From IMG/VR virus record IMGVR_UViG_3300021964_000065, positions 1-60,201 of that record: DNA of 60,201 nucleotides. One strand, 5' to 3'. This DNA comes from a virus. Lineage: Duplodnaviria > Caudoviricetes. The translations under genes were made by a program, and so were the position numbers. The notes beneath the pieces were generated by a model. That model was not told where the DNA came from, made no database searches, and saw only the letters and a list, made by a program, of their open reading frames with translations. Of the stretch, positions 25,260 to 35,465 are shown one piece after another (position 1 is the first letter of the stretch; every line of letters starts with the position of its first letter).

Positions 25260-27026
25260 TTAATTTTCTTGTATATCAATGAAAAGTGTATCTCCATTTG
25301 CAACATTTGTAAATGTATACCCTTGAGAAGTTACCGCGTTAGTAGGATTAATAGTTACTTGATTTGTTTCTTGTTGTACCAAACTTGAGTTTTGTCTTGT
25401 CCAAGTTATTTCTGTGGTTGCATCGGCTATAGCATCAGGTGAGGTTCTTGAAACACTAACCGCAATTGATGTATTTGATAAAGTTTGAGTTGCAATTTTT
25501 GTTGCACCAGAACCTGTTGAAACTAAACTTACTGTTTGTGAATTATCTGACCAAGTAATCTGATATGTTGGGTTATCAGTAACACCTTCAGCTAATAACA
25601 TATTTCTAGTATATGCATCAGTACCTGTTGCAGTGGCTGGACAAGCAGTTAAAATTAAAGATTGGCCTGAATTTGTGTACCCGACTGGTACCGTTATTGT
25701 TGCTGTATAAGTGGCTGATCCAGAAGTATAAGTTGAAGGACTTATTGAATACGTTGTTATATTACTATCTGAAAAAGTTGCCCCGGGAACAGTAGCGTTT
25801 CCAGTTGTTCCATTAGCCTGAGTGTAGGTTGTATTGCTACAAGAATATGTTGGTGTAGCTGCTGTTCCAGTTGCTGTATCTCCGCAATCAGGATTACCAC
25901 TAGTACCATCAAATGTTACTGAACTTCCTGCGCCAGCATATGTTGGAGGAATTGTTACTGTAGGATAGTATGTGCTAGAACCAGATTGATAAGTAGATGG
26001 CGTAACAGCAGTTACAGTTCCTTCATCAACAGTAATATCACTGTTTAAATTTATTGTAGCTCCTGTGGTACCATCAGAAATAGCAAAATTAAGATCGCCA
26101 CAAGTAAATACCGGTAAACTAGCTGCCCAGTTTACAATGTGCGTATCAGCATAAGCACCATCAACAGTAGCTCCATATTCTACATTCCCTGTACTCGTTT
26201 CTGTAATTGTTATTGTTTTAGAAGTAAGCCCTTGAGCAGCTCCTCCTGTCCATGCCCAAGTTGTACCAGTGAAATTGTAATCTTCCGCAGTTAAAGTTAT
26301 ATTACTATTTACAGCACCGCCAGTAACCCCGTTTATTTGTATAAAAGGTGCTGGAGGACTCCAAGTAACTGTATGTGTATCTGAATAAGTTCCATCAATA
26401 GTTACTCCGTATGTCTGAGTACTAGCACTTGTTTCCGTAATTGTTATTACTTTGCTTGTTAAACCAGCCGCCGCACCACCAGTCCATGACCAAGTACTTC
26501 CAGTAAATCCATCATCTTCTCCTGTTAAAGTTATATTGCTATTTATAGTTTGTGAAGTTGGGCCTGTAATTGTTGCAGAATAGGGGTTAGTCCAATTAAT
26601 AGAATGTGAATCTGTATATGTATCGTTTATTGTTACTCCATAGGTAACAGAACCTGCTGTTGATGAAGTAGCTGAAACATTTTTAGTTGTTAAACCTTGT
26701 AAATTTCCACCTGTCCATTCCCATTTGTAACCGGTAAAGTTATTGTCTTCTCCTACTAAAGCAACGTTTGTGTTTGTGTTCGCAGAAGTTTGTCCTGTTA
26801 TTTCCGCTGTTCTAGCTGGACCAGAATAAACAGATGTTAATGTAATTCCACAACTGTCATCTGTAGGTAGTGGTGATATAACTGCTGGAACAAATTTATC
26901 TACAGAAATAGAAAAACTACAGTCGGTAGGAATAACTGGAGCTGGAGGTCTATTAGTAAACGTAAGTATATATTGCTTACTATGTATGTCGTAACTTCCT
27001 ATTATATTTTCTGCGTTTATACTCAT
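25260..27026 (-). CDS. tail appendage protein with tandem Ig/PKD-like repeats
   Basis: Three ~74-aa repeats (I.G.T....N.NITL.GED..FTG..W.WTGG...YGVT.D..Y.D.H...W) plus two Cys-bounded repeats. Confidence 0.7.
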   Translation of the reverse strand: MSINAENIIGSYDIHSKQYILTFTNRPPAPVIPTDCSFSISVDKFVPAVISPLPTDDSCGITLTSVYSGPARTAEITGQTSANTNTNVALVGEDNNFTGYKWEWTGGNLQGLTTKNVSATSSTAGSVTYGVTINDTYTDSHSINWTNPYSATITGPTSQTINSNITLTGEDDGFTGSTWSWTGGAAAGLTSKVITITETSASTQTYGVTIDGTYSDTHTVTWSPPAPFIQINGVTGGAVNSNITLTAEDYNFTGTTWAWTGGAAQGLTSKTITITETSTGNVEYGATVDGAYADTHIVNWAASLPVFTCGDLNFAISDGTTGATINLNSDITVDEGTVTAVTPSTYQSGSSTYYPTVTIPPTYAGAGSSVTFDGTSGNPDCGDTATGTAATPTYSCSNTTYTQANGTTGNATVPGATFSDSNITTYSISPSTYTSGSATYTATITVPVGYTNSGQSLILTACPATATGTDAYTRNMLLAEGVTDNPTYQITWSDNSQTVSLVSTGSGATKIATQTLSNTSIAVSVSRTSPDAIADATTEITWTRQNSSLVQQETNQVTINPTNAVTSQGYTFTNVANGDTLFIDIQEN

Positions 27027-27039
27027 TTTCTTTTAATTA

Positions 27040-30000
27040 TTATACTATTGTAAAACCAGTTATATTGCCTAAACCTTGAATTGAAAATTCTTTGGTATCT
27101 AAATTATTATCTGAGTTCGCAATACCTTTAATATTATTAAACCATTTACCCTCTTTATTTATAAAAGAATCTATTTTTCCAGATTGTTGATCCGTTTCTA
27201 TTGAAGGTGTAACCCACCCGCTAGTACCTTCGTAGTTTAAAGTCTTAAAGCCTTTTCTAATGGACGCATCTTGATTGTATACAAGATTAACAGTAGAATA
27301 GTTTTGAACCCCATAGAATCGATTATAACCAGCTGTAGGATCGTGGTGTTTATACAGTTCGCCGTTCTTTACAGTAAAATAGTTTCCATTTAAAGAAAAA
27401 CCAGATTCAGGAACAAAGGTTAATCTTGATGTCCATCCATCAACGCCCTCTCTAAAAGAAATAGATTCCGCTGTTGTAAGAGTGTTGAATTTATCCCTTA
27501 TAAAATCAGATATTCCGTAATTTGAAATAACCGTTAATCCATCCATTGATAATCTTAACACTGCATTTCTTGATCTATCTGTAAAATATATTTGGTAACC
27601 ATAAGAAGCAAATGATTCAGGGTTCGTAGATATACCAAATTGTCCTTTGTATGGAATTGCTTGGCCAACAACAGATCTTGTAGATGTTAAATTAATATTT
27701 CCGTCTGCATTATAAAGAGCATCTTTATTAGCTAATATCCTTAATACTTTGTCTTCACAAAAAGTTATTATATCAGTATCTCTAGTATGAAGTTTTTGTA
27801 TACTACCATATTCTGGATTAAGATCTTTGGTTATAGGCTCCGCTGTATTAAATTGATTTATATCATTGACACCACTTCTTGAGTTAAATAGTCCACTTGA
27901 AAATATAAGACCATATTTATTGTGTCTTTCTTTATCTGCATTTTCAACTACTGTAGAAACACGGACCTGATTAGTTAGTGTAGGTTGATTAAAATCATCT
28001 TTTATTCTATCACTTTCAACACCATTTGCAAAATCAAAACAATTAAACCATCTTAGTACTTTTGATTGAGTATACTCAGATATATTATAAGAGTCTTCTG
28101 TTTCGTAATATAAATCTAATATATTATCTTCCGGTATTGTTTCAAAAATAGCACCATTATAATCTGACAATGTAAGATTGCTATTTTTATTAATTTTAAT
28201 AAAAAAATTACCATTAAAATCATTTGCATTGTCTAATGTTGTTGGCTTAGACCCTGTGGAATTTAATACTTTAAATTCAAAGTTTTCATCAGCAACCGGG
28301 TAATAACTAGGGCCTTTTCTTTTTAACCTTATAAAGTCGTTCTCGTCTACTTTGTTTATTTCAAAGCTAGGTATTACAAGCCAAAGAACTCCTGAATCCT
28401 CCGTGTCTTCATGCCCACTGTGTACTAACACATTATAATAGTCTTTAGATTGTTCTTTTATATAATATTTAAAAGTTTTAATTCTATTGTCAAATGTTGT
28501 GCCTACAGGTAAAGGACTCATTGAAATTTTAAATTGTTTGCCATTTTCTTTACCAGTATTATAAACATCCGCCCCTACACCTCTTACTTGTGCTATTTCT
28601 GTTATAAATGTTCCAGTGCCATTGGAAATAACTGGAGTAGGCCTTCCGTATTTATCTTCAAACAAAATACCAAATTGGTAAGTTCTGCCCGATTTAATTG
28701 ATTTTATAGGCTCAGTGGTTCTTTCTTGTGTAGAAATATTAAAAGTAGGAGAATAAGTTATTGATTTTTTATTAGCATCTTTTGTTATATTTAAACCATC
28801 TTTATAATTACCAAATATAATTCTATTTGCGACTATTTCTGAAGCTTTAGCTCTATAAGGAACGTTATCATATTGTCTAAATAATTGATTATCTGGCAGC
28901 ACATTATAAAAGCTTTCTTTAGTAATACTAATTTCACAATCTCCAGGAACAGACCCGCTTCTAAAGCCAACTAATTCTTGTTTCTTTAAAGTTGTATAAA
29001 TATATACATTTGTGTTATTAGACTCTTTATAAAGTATATCTACGGATTCAATATTAGTATCTGAACAATCTATTCCATAGAGATCAATGCCCTTTATTGC
29101 ATTTTTCATTGCATCATTATAACCTTTTTCTATAGTATAGCTACTTCTATCCCCTGCATTATTAATCATATTTTCAGGATAAAAAGCTGTTTCTGTAAAA
29201 GGAGACATAACAGAGTACTGCCCATTTTTAAATTTCCATCTATAAGCAAATCTTACAAATTTATCTTCAAACAAAACATCGCCTCTTCTTACTGTTCCAG
29301 TAAAATTATCAAAATCTAAAATAGTAGTACCGCCTAATCCTTGTAAAATTTTGCACTTATCAGAGGTAGCGTGCATATAACCTTTAACTTTTTGAACTAA
29401 ATAAACTTTAGTTAAATCATTATTTGCTAAAACAAATGTTTCTCCATTTTCAATCCCAGAATCTGCTGAAAAATCAATATCTAAAAGATCGCCAAAATTA
29501 GAGCCTGTCATATCTACGCGAGCAGTTATATTGGCCCCGTTTACTTGCACAGCTTGGCCGTATGTGTTTGTAATTAACTTAGGTGCAGATTTAGGCTTGT
29601 TTTTTATTAAAGTAATATCTTGTTCTACAATGTTTCTATTTGCTAAAAGCAAATCATCATATATAGTAGTGGTGGTGGAAAAATTAACAGACCCTGATTT
29701 AAAGAAATTTATATCAATATTTTTTGGCTCAGAATAATCATCTGTCCACATTAAATATCCTTCTATAACATTTATAGCGGTTATTTGTGTGTTTGGGAAA
29801 GTTAATATTGTTTTTGTTGCATCAACTATTACAGGAGATATCGTTTCTGTTGCTTCATCATATTCAGCAATTGCATCTACTGATGTCCCGTAAATAAACC
29901 AATATATTTTATTATTTTGTGTGTCAACAACACTACCAATACAGGAAGCCCCAGAAATATTAAGAGACCCTATTTGAGCGTTACTTAAAACATTATGTAA

Positions 30001-30135
30001 GCTACCAGCATCGCCATTTTCAGCAACCCCAACTTGAATGTTTAAAGCGTCTTTGTATTCTCCAGGTGGCAATACTCGCTCATCTGCGTCTTTATTCATT
30101 TTCCCTTTAAGGAAATTGTTTTTGATTTCCGGCAT
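27040..30135 (-). CDS. tail nozzle / stabilisation protein (P22 gp10-like, crAss-type)
   Basis: MPE.KNNF..GKMNKD.DER..P.GEY.DALN start; NGVESDRI.DDFN; YGSIQKL; GIS.NPESFA. Confidence 0.75.
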   Translation of the reverse strand: MPEIKNNFLKGKMNKDADERVLPPGEYKDALNIQVGVAENGDAGSLHNVLSNAQIGSLNISGASCIGSVVDTQNNKIYWFIYGTSVDAIAEYDEATETISPVIVDATKTILTFPNTQITAINVIEGYLMWTDDYSEPKNIDINFFKSGSVNFSTTTTIYDDLLLANRNIVEQDITLIKNKPKSAPKLITNTYGQAVQVNGANITARVDMTGSNFGDLLDIDFSADSGIENGETFVLANNDLTKVYLVQKVKGYMHATSDKCKILQGLGGTTILDFDNFTGTVRRGDVLFEDKFVRFAYRWKFKNGQYSVMSPFTETAFYPENMINNAGDRSSYTIEKGYNDAMKNAIKGIDLYGIDCSDTNIESVDILYKESNNTNVYIYTTLKKQELVGFRSGSVPGDCEISITKESFYNVLPDNQLFRQYDNVPYRAKASEIVANRIIFGNYKDGLNITKDANKKSITYSPTFNISTQERTTEPIKSIKSGRTYQFGILFEDKYGRPTPVISNGTGTFITEIAQVRGVGADVYNTGKENGKQFKISMSPLPVGTTFDNRIKTFKYYIKEQSKDYYNVLVHSGHEDTEDSGVLWLVIPSFEINKVDENDFIRLKRKGPSYYPVADENFEFKVLNSTGSKPTTLDNANDFNGNFFIKINKNSNLTLSDYNGAIFETIPEDNILDLYYETEDSYNISEYTQSKVLRWFNCFDFANGVESDRIKDDFNQPTLTNQVRVSTVVENADKERHNKYGLIFSSGLFNSRSGVNDINQFNTAEPITKDLNPEYGSIQKLHTRDTDIITFCEDKVLRILANKDALYNADGNINLTSTRSVVGQAIPYKGQFGISTNPESFASYGYQIYFTDRSRNAVLRLSMDGLTVISNYGISDFIRDKFNTLTTAESISFREGVDGWTSRLTFVPESGFSLNGNYFTVKNGELYKHHDPTAGYNRFYGVQNYSTVNLVYNQDASIRKGFKTLNYEGTSGWVTPSIETDQQSGKIDSFINKEGKWFNNIKGIANSDNNLDTKEFSIQGLGNITGFTIV

Positions 30136-30139
30136 TTAA

Positions 30140-31228
30140 TTAGTGTTTTATTTGCTTACTTTTACCACGCATTATTTGGGCCATTTCTAATGACTTCATA
30201 TTTGAAAGTCTAAGTTTAGCATTTCTCATTGCAGCTCTTCTTTCTCTTTTAAATCTATTAACTATATACTCAGGCATGTTTGCTTTAGAAGCAATTACTG
30301 CATGAGATACATATTTATAAATAGCGTCTTCAGCAAGTTTATGTACTTTCATTTCTGAATCAGTACCTAAACCATCTGATATATATTTTAAAGTAAGAAT
30401 TTGAGATTGTAAGTTGCTGCTAAAACCAAATTGACCATTAAGCTCATCTATTACAAACAACCCATTAGATTGCGTTGTTTCCGGATTATTACCGTACCGT
30501 TGGCCTAAACCACTTACAGATAAAGAATTATCTAAATCATCAAATAAACCGGTGGTGTCTGTATTTTCAATTCCTTTAAATCTTTGTGTTGCTATTGATG
30601 TACCAGTAAGTAAACTATCATCATTATCATACAAATAATTTGCATCACTATCTTGTAAAATAGATTGAGAGGGTCTTGATGTATTTGTTGATGGATACAA
30701 TATTCTTTCAATGCCATTTGTATCAACCCAAGATAATTGTACGTAATTTACGTAGTCTTGAGGAAATGGTACTGTTAAAGTAGCTCCAACTTCAATTTCT
30801 TGTATTTTTTCAACCCTTGAAATATCGTAACTAAATTCTTGTATTGCTCTTTTAACATGAAATATAACATCAAGCGTTCTTGCTGTATTTATTATTTTAT
30901 CATCACCAACATATGATACCATAAAATTGCTCACAATATCATTTAAAGAAATATATCTGTAACTACCGTGTTTCTGGTTTTTTAAAACAACTTTTACTTC
31001 TGCATTTGCTGCAGGCGGAGTGGAGGGAGAAAAATCAATAATTCCTGTTCCACTGCTATAAGTATAGTTACTATCATCAATTTCATTCCCATTGATAAAT
31101 ACTATAAAAGAATTTATATCTAAAGGTAATGGATCTAATGTTAAAGTAAAAGTTGATAAACTACCAGTACCTAAAAACTTTTCTGTTAAAGTATAATATT
31201 GTCTTGCTGTTTGTGTTATTAGTCCCAT
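30140..31228 (-). CDS. tail ring / head-tail adaptor protein
   Basis: Synteny; P.DYVNYV..S and Y.SDG motifs. Confidence 0.6.
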   Translation of the reverse strand: MGLITQTARQYYTLTEKFLGTGSLSTFTLTLDPLPLDINSFIVFINGNEIDDSNYTYSSGTGIIDFSPSTPPAANAEVKVVLKNQKHGSYRYISLNDIVSNFMVSYVGDDKIINTARTLDVIFHVKRAIQEFSYDISRVEKIQEIEVGATLTVPFPQDYVNYVQLSWVDTNGIERILYPSTNTSRPSQSILQDSDANYLYDNDDSLLTGTSIATQRFKGIENTDTTGLFDDLDNSLSVSGLGQRYGNNPETTQSNGLFVIDELNGQFGFSSNLQSQILTLKYISDGLGTDSEMKVHKLAEDAIYKYVSHAVIASKANMPEYIVNRFKRERRAAMRNAKLRLSNMKSLEMAQIMRGKSKQIKH

Positions 31229-31231
31229 ATA

Positions 31232-31930
31232 TTATGACTTTTCTTGAGTTATTTTTTTGTTTTCTTTTCCATCCGCTACTTGAACAACAGCAGCATCTTT
31301 TATATTTAAACCAGCATAAGCAAGTATTTTTAAAACTAAAGTTGTTTCTTCAGATTCGTGCAATTCAAAATTTACAGAAGTACTAGCGTTGTATAAAGCA
31401 TTTCCTGAAATACTAGTATAACCCCAGTTTGCTGTGCCTGGTTTTTTAATATATGTACATAAAACATTATCTATTATAGTATCTGGATATATTTTTATAG
31501 ACCAATCTCCACTACTGTTTGCTGAATTTTGTATGTATACAGGGGAAGTTATTGTTGGCTGTGTTAGCTTAGACATTTGATAATCAAGCAGTTGCTTTCT
31601 GTCTACTTGCTCAACTTCGGTGCCATTGTAAATGACAGTTCCCAACTTGTGAAGATTGCTGGGAAAATTAAAATGATCTGTTGAATATGTCAAATTTTGC
31701 TCTGTTTTAAACTTGCTTAATTTTTCATCAACAATTTTATATAAATTAGCATATTCAGTATTATTATCTTGTTGTCTCATATACTGATTGAGATCAAAAA
31801 AATACTGTTCAAATATTTCTAATTGTGATTGATTTGCAAATAAATTAAACTCTTGAGGTGTAATGTATCCTCTATTTTCTTTATTAACAATTGATAATAC
31901 TCTTTGGTAAACCGTATCTATGCTAATCAT
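31232..31930 (-). CDS. tail tubular / ring protein (P22 gp4-like)
   Basis: VY..VL...NKE.RGY.TP.EFN.FA..Q and FELH.SE motifs; synteny. Confidence 0.65.
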   Translation of the reverse strand: MISIDTVYQRVLSIVNKENRGYITPQEFNLFANQSQLEIFEQYFFDLNQYMRQQDNNTEYANLYKIVDEKLSKFKTEQNLTYSTDHFNFPSNLHKLGTVIYNGTEVEQVDRKQLLDYQMSKLTQPTITSPVYIQNSANSSGDWSIKIYPDTIIDNVLCTYIKKPGTANWGYTSISGNALYNASTSVNFELHESEETTLVLKILAYAGLNIKDAAVVQVADGKENKKITQEKS

Positions 31931-31954
31931 ATTTGTTTTTATTATTTATAGTAA

Positions 31955-31979
31955 TTAAACCACCTTTAAGGTGGCTTAA
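31955..31979 (-). terminator. hairpin downstream of the capsid-associated gene
   Basis: TTAAGCCACC-TTAAA-GGTGGTTTAA on the minus strand. Confidence 0.5.
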
Positions 31980-31995
31980 CCACTGTAAAAGGTAA

Positions 31996-32733
31996 CTATT
32001 TAAGTTTCTTTTCTACTGCTTTATATACTTCAATTCCTTCATCTGTTTTAAACCAAGCAGCTAAAGCTGAGTATGGGTTTTCATCAAAAGGTACAGTCAT
32101 TAATTTTCTATCATTACTACCAAATTTAAAAGTACGTTGATCATCTGATAATTTAATGATACCTGCTTCGGTAGCTTTTAGTCCAACATTTCTAACTTGA
32201 ACATTTTCGTCATTAGCCAGTTCTATGAACAATAAAGGATCTGATTTAGCAAATACTAATAAGTCTCTTTTAAGTTCCTTAGAAGTCATGCTAGACACCG
32301 CAGATCCAGCATTAATACGAACAATTGCTTCTGCCTGGTCAATATCCATATCCTTAGCCATCATTAACGCTTCTAATTCGTATTCAATAATTTCTAATTC
32401 ATCACCAGCCTCTACATTAGGGTCAAACTCTTTGTATACTTTATCCCTAGAGGGATGATATAATGAAAGTAATTTCTGTAATGTTTGTTTATTTTTAGGT
32501 ACAGTTAAAACACCATCTTCAAACACAATATGTGCTAATCTTGCATTTCCTACAAATTCATCAACAAATGGTGATTTTTGATTAACCGTATATTTCAATT
32601 CTCTTTCGTAACCTTTTTCTTCATCATACCAAAAAATATTTTTTGATTTAATAGTAAAAGTTAATGGAGATAAATTTTTTTTAAGAAGGTATGTTCTATC
32701 TTTTACCTCCCAAGTATTAGTTTTTTTAGTCAT
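31996..32733 (-). CDS. conserved hypothetical protein downstream of the major capsid gene
   Basis: Long ORF in the head module. Confidence 0.7.
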   Translation of the reverse strand: MTKKTNTWEVKDRTYLLKKNLSPLTFTIKSKNIFWYDEEKGYERELKYTVNQKSPFVDEFVGNARLAHIVFEDGVLTVPKNKQTLQKLLSLYHPSRDKVYKEFDPNVEAGDELEIIEYELEALMMAKDMDIDQAEAIVRINAGSAVSSMTSKELKRDLLVFAKSDPLLFIELANDENVQVRNVGLKATEAGIIKLSDDQRTFKFGSNDRKLMTVPFDENPYSALAAWFKTDEGIEVYKAVEKKLK

Positions 32734-32753
32734 GATATAATAATATTAAATAA

Positions 32754-32805
32754 ATAAAAACAAGTAAATACCCCCACTAATAATAGCAGGGGTGTAATTT
32801 ACTCA
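32754..32805 (-). terminator. rho-independent terminator after the major capsid gene
   Basis: Minus strand GAGTAAAT..CCCCTGCTA-TTAT-TAGTGGGGGTATTTACTT then a T-run. Confidence 0.7.
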
Positions 32806-32810
32806 ATTAA

Positions 32811-34208
32811 TTATGCAAAGTTTCCAAACAATACGAAGTTATTCGCAGCTTGAGTTACTAAACATCTTTCAGATAAATAGTGCACTTCCATCTTGTCAAC
32901 ACCAGAAGTTGAAGCTCCTCCAACAGATCCAGTGATCCAAGATTTCATTTTTCTATCATCAGCTTCAGAAGCACGGTAACGTACATGCAAGAAAGGACGC
33001 TTAAGGTTTTTACCAAGAATTTGGTCGTAAACAGTAGACGTTCCTGCAGGTACTAAAATACCAGTAACATCAGAAGCAATTTCTCCACGTGTAGCAGCAT
33101 CATTTAAGTATTTCCAGTCAGTTTTGTAGAAGTCATAAGAACCTCTGCGGAAACCACTAAATCCTAAATTGATAGCCATATCCTCACTGTTGTTGAATAC
33201 TCCGTAAGAAGTTCCACCAGCACCGTAAGAATTTTGTGCAGCTAACATGTCATCAATATTTAAAGAAAGATCACGATTCAAGAAAAGAACATTTTCTTCA
33301 ATAGCTCCTTGCTTATCAAGCTTCTTTAACATATTGTCAAAATCTGCTAAATCATCCGAAGCAGAAGAACCGTCTAGTCCATCTTCATGAATATGACCTC
33401 TGCTTGTAACAGCAGCAAATAAACCTTCAGATCCTGCAATTGTAGAAGTAGAAGTATTAATATTCTTCTCAGCTTCAACTAGTGCCATTTCTGTATAGTC
33501 TTCAAAACGTGAACGAGTTTCTCCTTCAGCTTTGATATACCATAAGTATCCAGATTCTCCAGATTCTCCAGTAACTTCAACCCATCCAATTTGAGAAGCA
33601 TCAGATCCAGAGATTTCATACTTATCTTTTAAGATAATAGGGTTGTTAGTGTAAGATTGGAAACTTGGCGTTACCGCTTCGTTCATTGAATCAGTACCTT
33701 TTGCAAATTCAGAACCGTATACAAATAATTTGATTGCTGAAGCAGTTGTTGCAATTCCAGCAGCAACACATCCAGTATCACTTGTATAACAGTTAACTTT
33801 AATAGAGTTCGCATCAGGAACTTGAGATACATAAGCCTTTACTGTAGCAGTACCATCAGAGATAACAACTGTTTGACCAACACGAATTGCATGACCAGTA
33901 AGTCCTGTAATAGTATTAGCTTTAGCTGTATCAGCTCCCATAGTCCCACCTGAATAAGAAAGGTGTAGTCTTCCTTGTTCTGACCAAATAACTTGATCTG
34001 AACTCATAGGCATTTCAGCGCCTACCATTTTCAAAAATCCACCTACTGTTCTGTCACCGAATTTTTCAACTTCAGCTTCATATAGATCTGGTAAATATTG
34101 TTGTGCCCATCCTGCAGTACCTGCAGCGGTAAAATCAACGTAGTTAGTTGATAATGTTTGTTTTACTGGAGCTGGAGTTATAGTTCCGCCCCCTAGAGTA
34201 ATAGCCAT
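32811..34208 (-). CDS. major capsid protein
   Basis: 465 aa after portal and scaffold; WAQQYLP.LYE.EVE..G, W.EQGRL, GSEGLFAA motifs; followed by a terminator. Confidence 0.8.
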   Translation of the reverse strand: MAITLGGGTITPAPVKQTLSTNYVDFTAAGTAGWAQQYLPDLYEAEVEKFGDRTVGGFLKMVGAEMPMSSDQVIWSEQGRLHLSYSGGTMGADTAKANTITGLTGHAIRVGQTVVISDGTATVKAYVSQVPDANSIKVNCYTSDTGCVAAGIATTASAIKLFVYGSEFAKGTDSMNEAVTPSFQSYTNNPIILKDKYEISGSDASQIGWVEVTGESGESGYLWYIKAEGETRSRFEDYTEMALVEAEKNINTSTSTIAGSEGLFAAVTSRGHIHEDGLDGSSASDDLADFDNMLKKLDKQGAIEENVLFLNRDLSLNIDDMLAAQNSYGAGGTSYGVFNNSEDMAINLGFSGFRRGSYDFYKTDWKYLNDAATRGEIASDVTGILVPAGTSTVYDQILGKNLKRPFLHVRYRASEADDRKMKSWITGSVGGASTSGVDKMEVHYLSERCLVTQAANNFVLFGNFA

Positions 34209-34225
34209 TTTAAATTTGTTTTAAG

Positions 34226-35431
34226 TTATTTTTTTATTTTTATTCTTAATTTAGAACTATCATTCCCACTAATTGCTCTTACTTTTACTCCACCCGCATC
34301 AACAAAACCATTAGCACTTTTTCGAGGATCCATATTAATATTTTTGGATTCCGCTTCTAATTGTTTAATAGCATCTGCTTTGCCTTGTTCGTAAAAGTGA
34401 CTTGCAATTTTGTCAGAATTTTTAGCAGCAAATAAAGCTTTATGATAAGAAGAAGGATCTGAAAGCATACCTTTATCATCTAAGTAACTACCTAGAAATT
34501 CAGTAATATTACTTTGTACATTCTTCACTTGACCAACATCATTTACTTTAAACCTATATTTATTATCTCCAACTTTAAAATCAAAACCTTTGAAATCTTC
34601 GTTAAAGAAACTATTAGTTTTTTCGGTAAATGTATTTGCTTTAACCTGTTGCTCGGCAGTTAGTTTCGACTGCTCCTCTTTGTAAGCATTGTAAAATTCA
34701 ATTGCTTCTTGTTGTTCTGGAGCTAACTTAGAACCCAACTTGACTTCTTCGTAATATTTACTCTTTAAACCTTCAAGAAAACCTTTGGCTTTCACAAGCT
34801 CTTCTTTATAAGCTAATTTCTTACGTCTAATATCTCGATCATCATCAATCTCTTCGTCATAAGAAAAATTATCTTCAATTAAAAAATCAATTTCATCATT
34901 ATCTAAATGAGATTTTGATTGTTTATAGTACTCTTTTAACAATGTATCTTCATCCACAGTTGAGTAATCTGCATTTAACCTTACGTAGTCTTCAAGGCTA
35001 CCCCCGGTTTCTTGCATAAATTCAACCACCTTCTGTATATTCTCAGGTAATTCAATTTTATTGTCTACAGCTTCTTGAGCCGGAGCCTCTTCAGCTTTTG
35101 TTTCTGTAATGTTTTCAACTTGTGTTTCTGTAGTATCTTCTTCTACTAATTCTAATACTACTTCTTCTTTTTCTTCTTTGGAAGGTTCTTCGGTACTCCG
35201 TACTTCTTCTTCCACTTTTTCGCTAGATTCGGATTCGTTGCGAACAGGAATCTCATCTGTGCTTTGCTCTGGAATGGCATCTTCTTGTTTTTCAGGTGGT
35301 TTTGATAAATCAACTTTATAAGTTGTGTTTCCCGAGTCTGTATTAACTCCTGCATTTTGAAGTACTGTTTCTTCTTTCTCCGCAGTACTAGGCGTTTCGC
35401 CTTCTACTAAATTAACTTTGTAGTCTTCCAT
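34226..35431 (-). CDS. capsid scaffolding-like protein
   Basis: Very acidic N-half and coiled coil; between portal and MCP. Confidence 0.65.
   Translation of the reverse strand: MEDYKVNLVEGETPSTAEKEETVLQNAGVNTDSGNTTYKVDLSKPPEKQEDAIPEQSTDEIPVRNESESSEKVEEEVRSTEEPSKEEKEEVVLELVEEDTTETQVENITETKAEEAPAQEAVDNKIELPENIQKVVEFMQETGGSLEDYVRLNADYSTVDEDTLLKEYYKQSKSHLDNDEIDFLIEDNFSYDEEIDDDRDIRRKKLAYKEELVKAKGFLEGLKSKYYEEVKLGSKLAPEQQEAIEFYNAYKEEQSKLTAEQQVKANTFTEKTNSFFNEDFKGFDFKVGDNKYRFKVNDVGQVKNVQSNITEFLGSYLDDKGMLSDPSSYHKALFAAKNSDKIASHFYEQGKADAIKQLEAESKNINMDPRKSANGFVDAGGVKVRAISGNDSSKLRIKIKK
35158..35280 (-). CDS. overprinted small basic protein (MPFxSKAQ family) inside the scaffold gene
   Basis: Alternative frame MPFQSKAQMRFLFATNPNLAKKWKKKYGVPKNLPKKKKKK. 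Confidence 0.6.
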   Translation of the reverse strand: MPFQSKAQMRFLFATNPNLAKKWKKKYGVPKNLPKKKKKK

Positions 35432-35465
35432 AATAAAATAATATATAATAATTTAAAAAAGTGTT

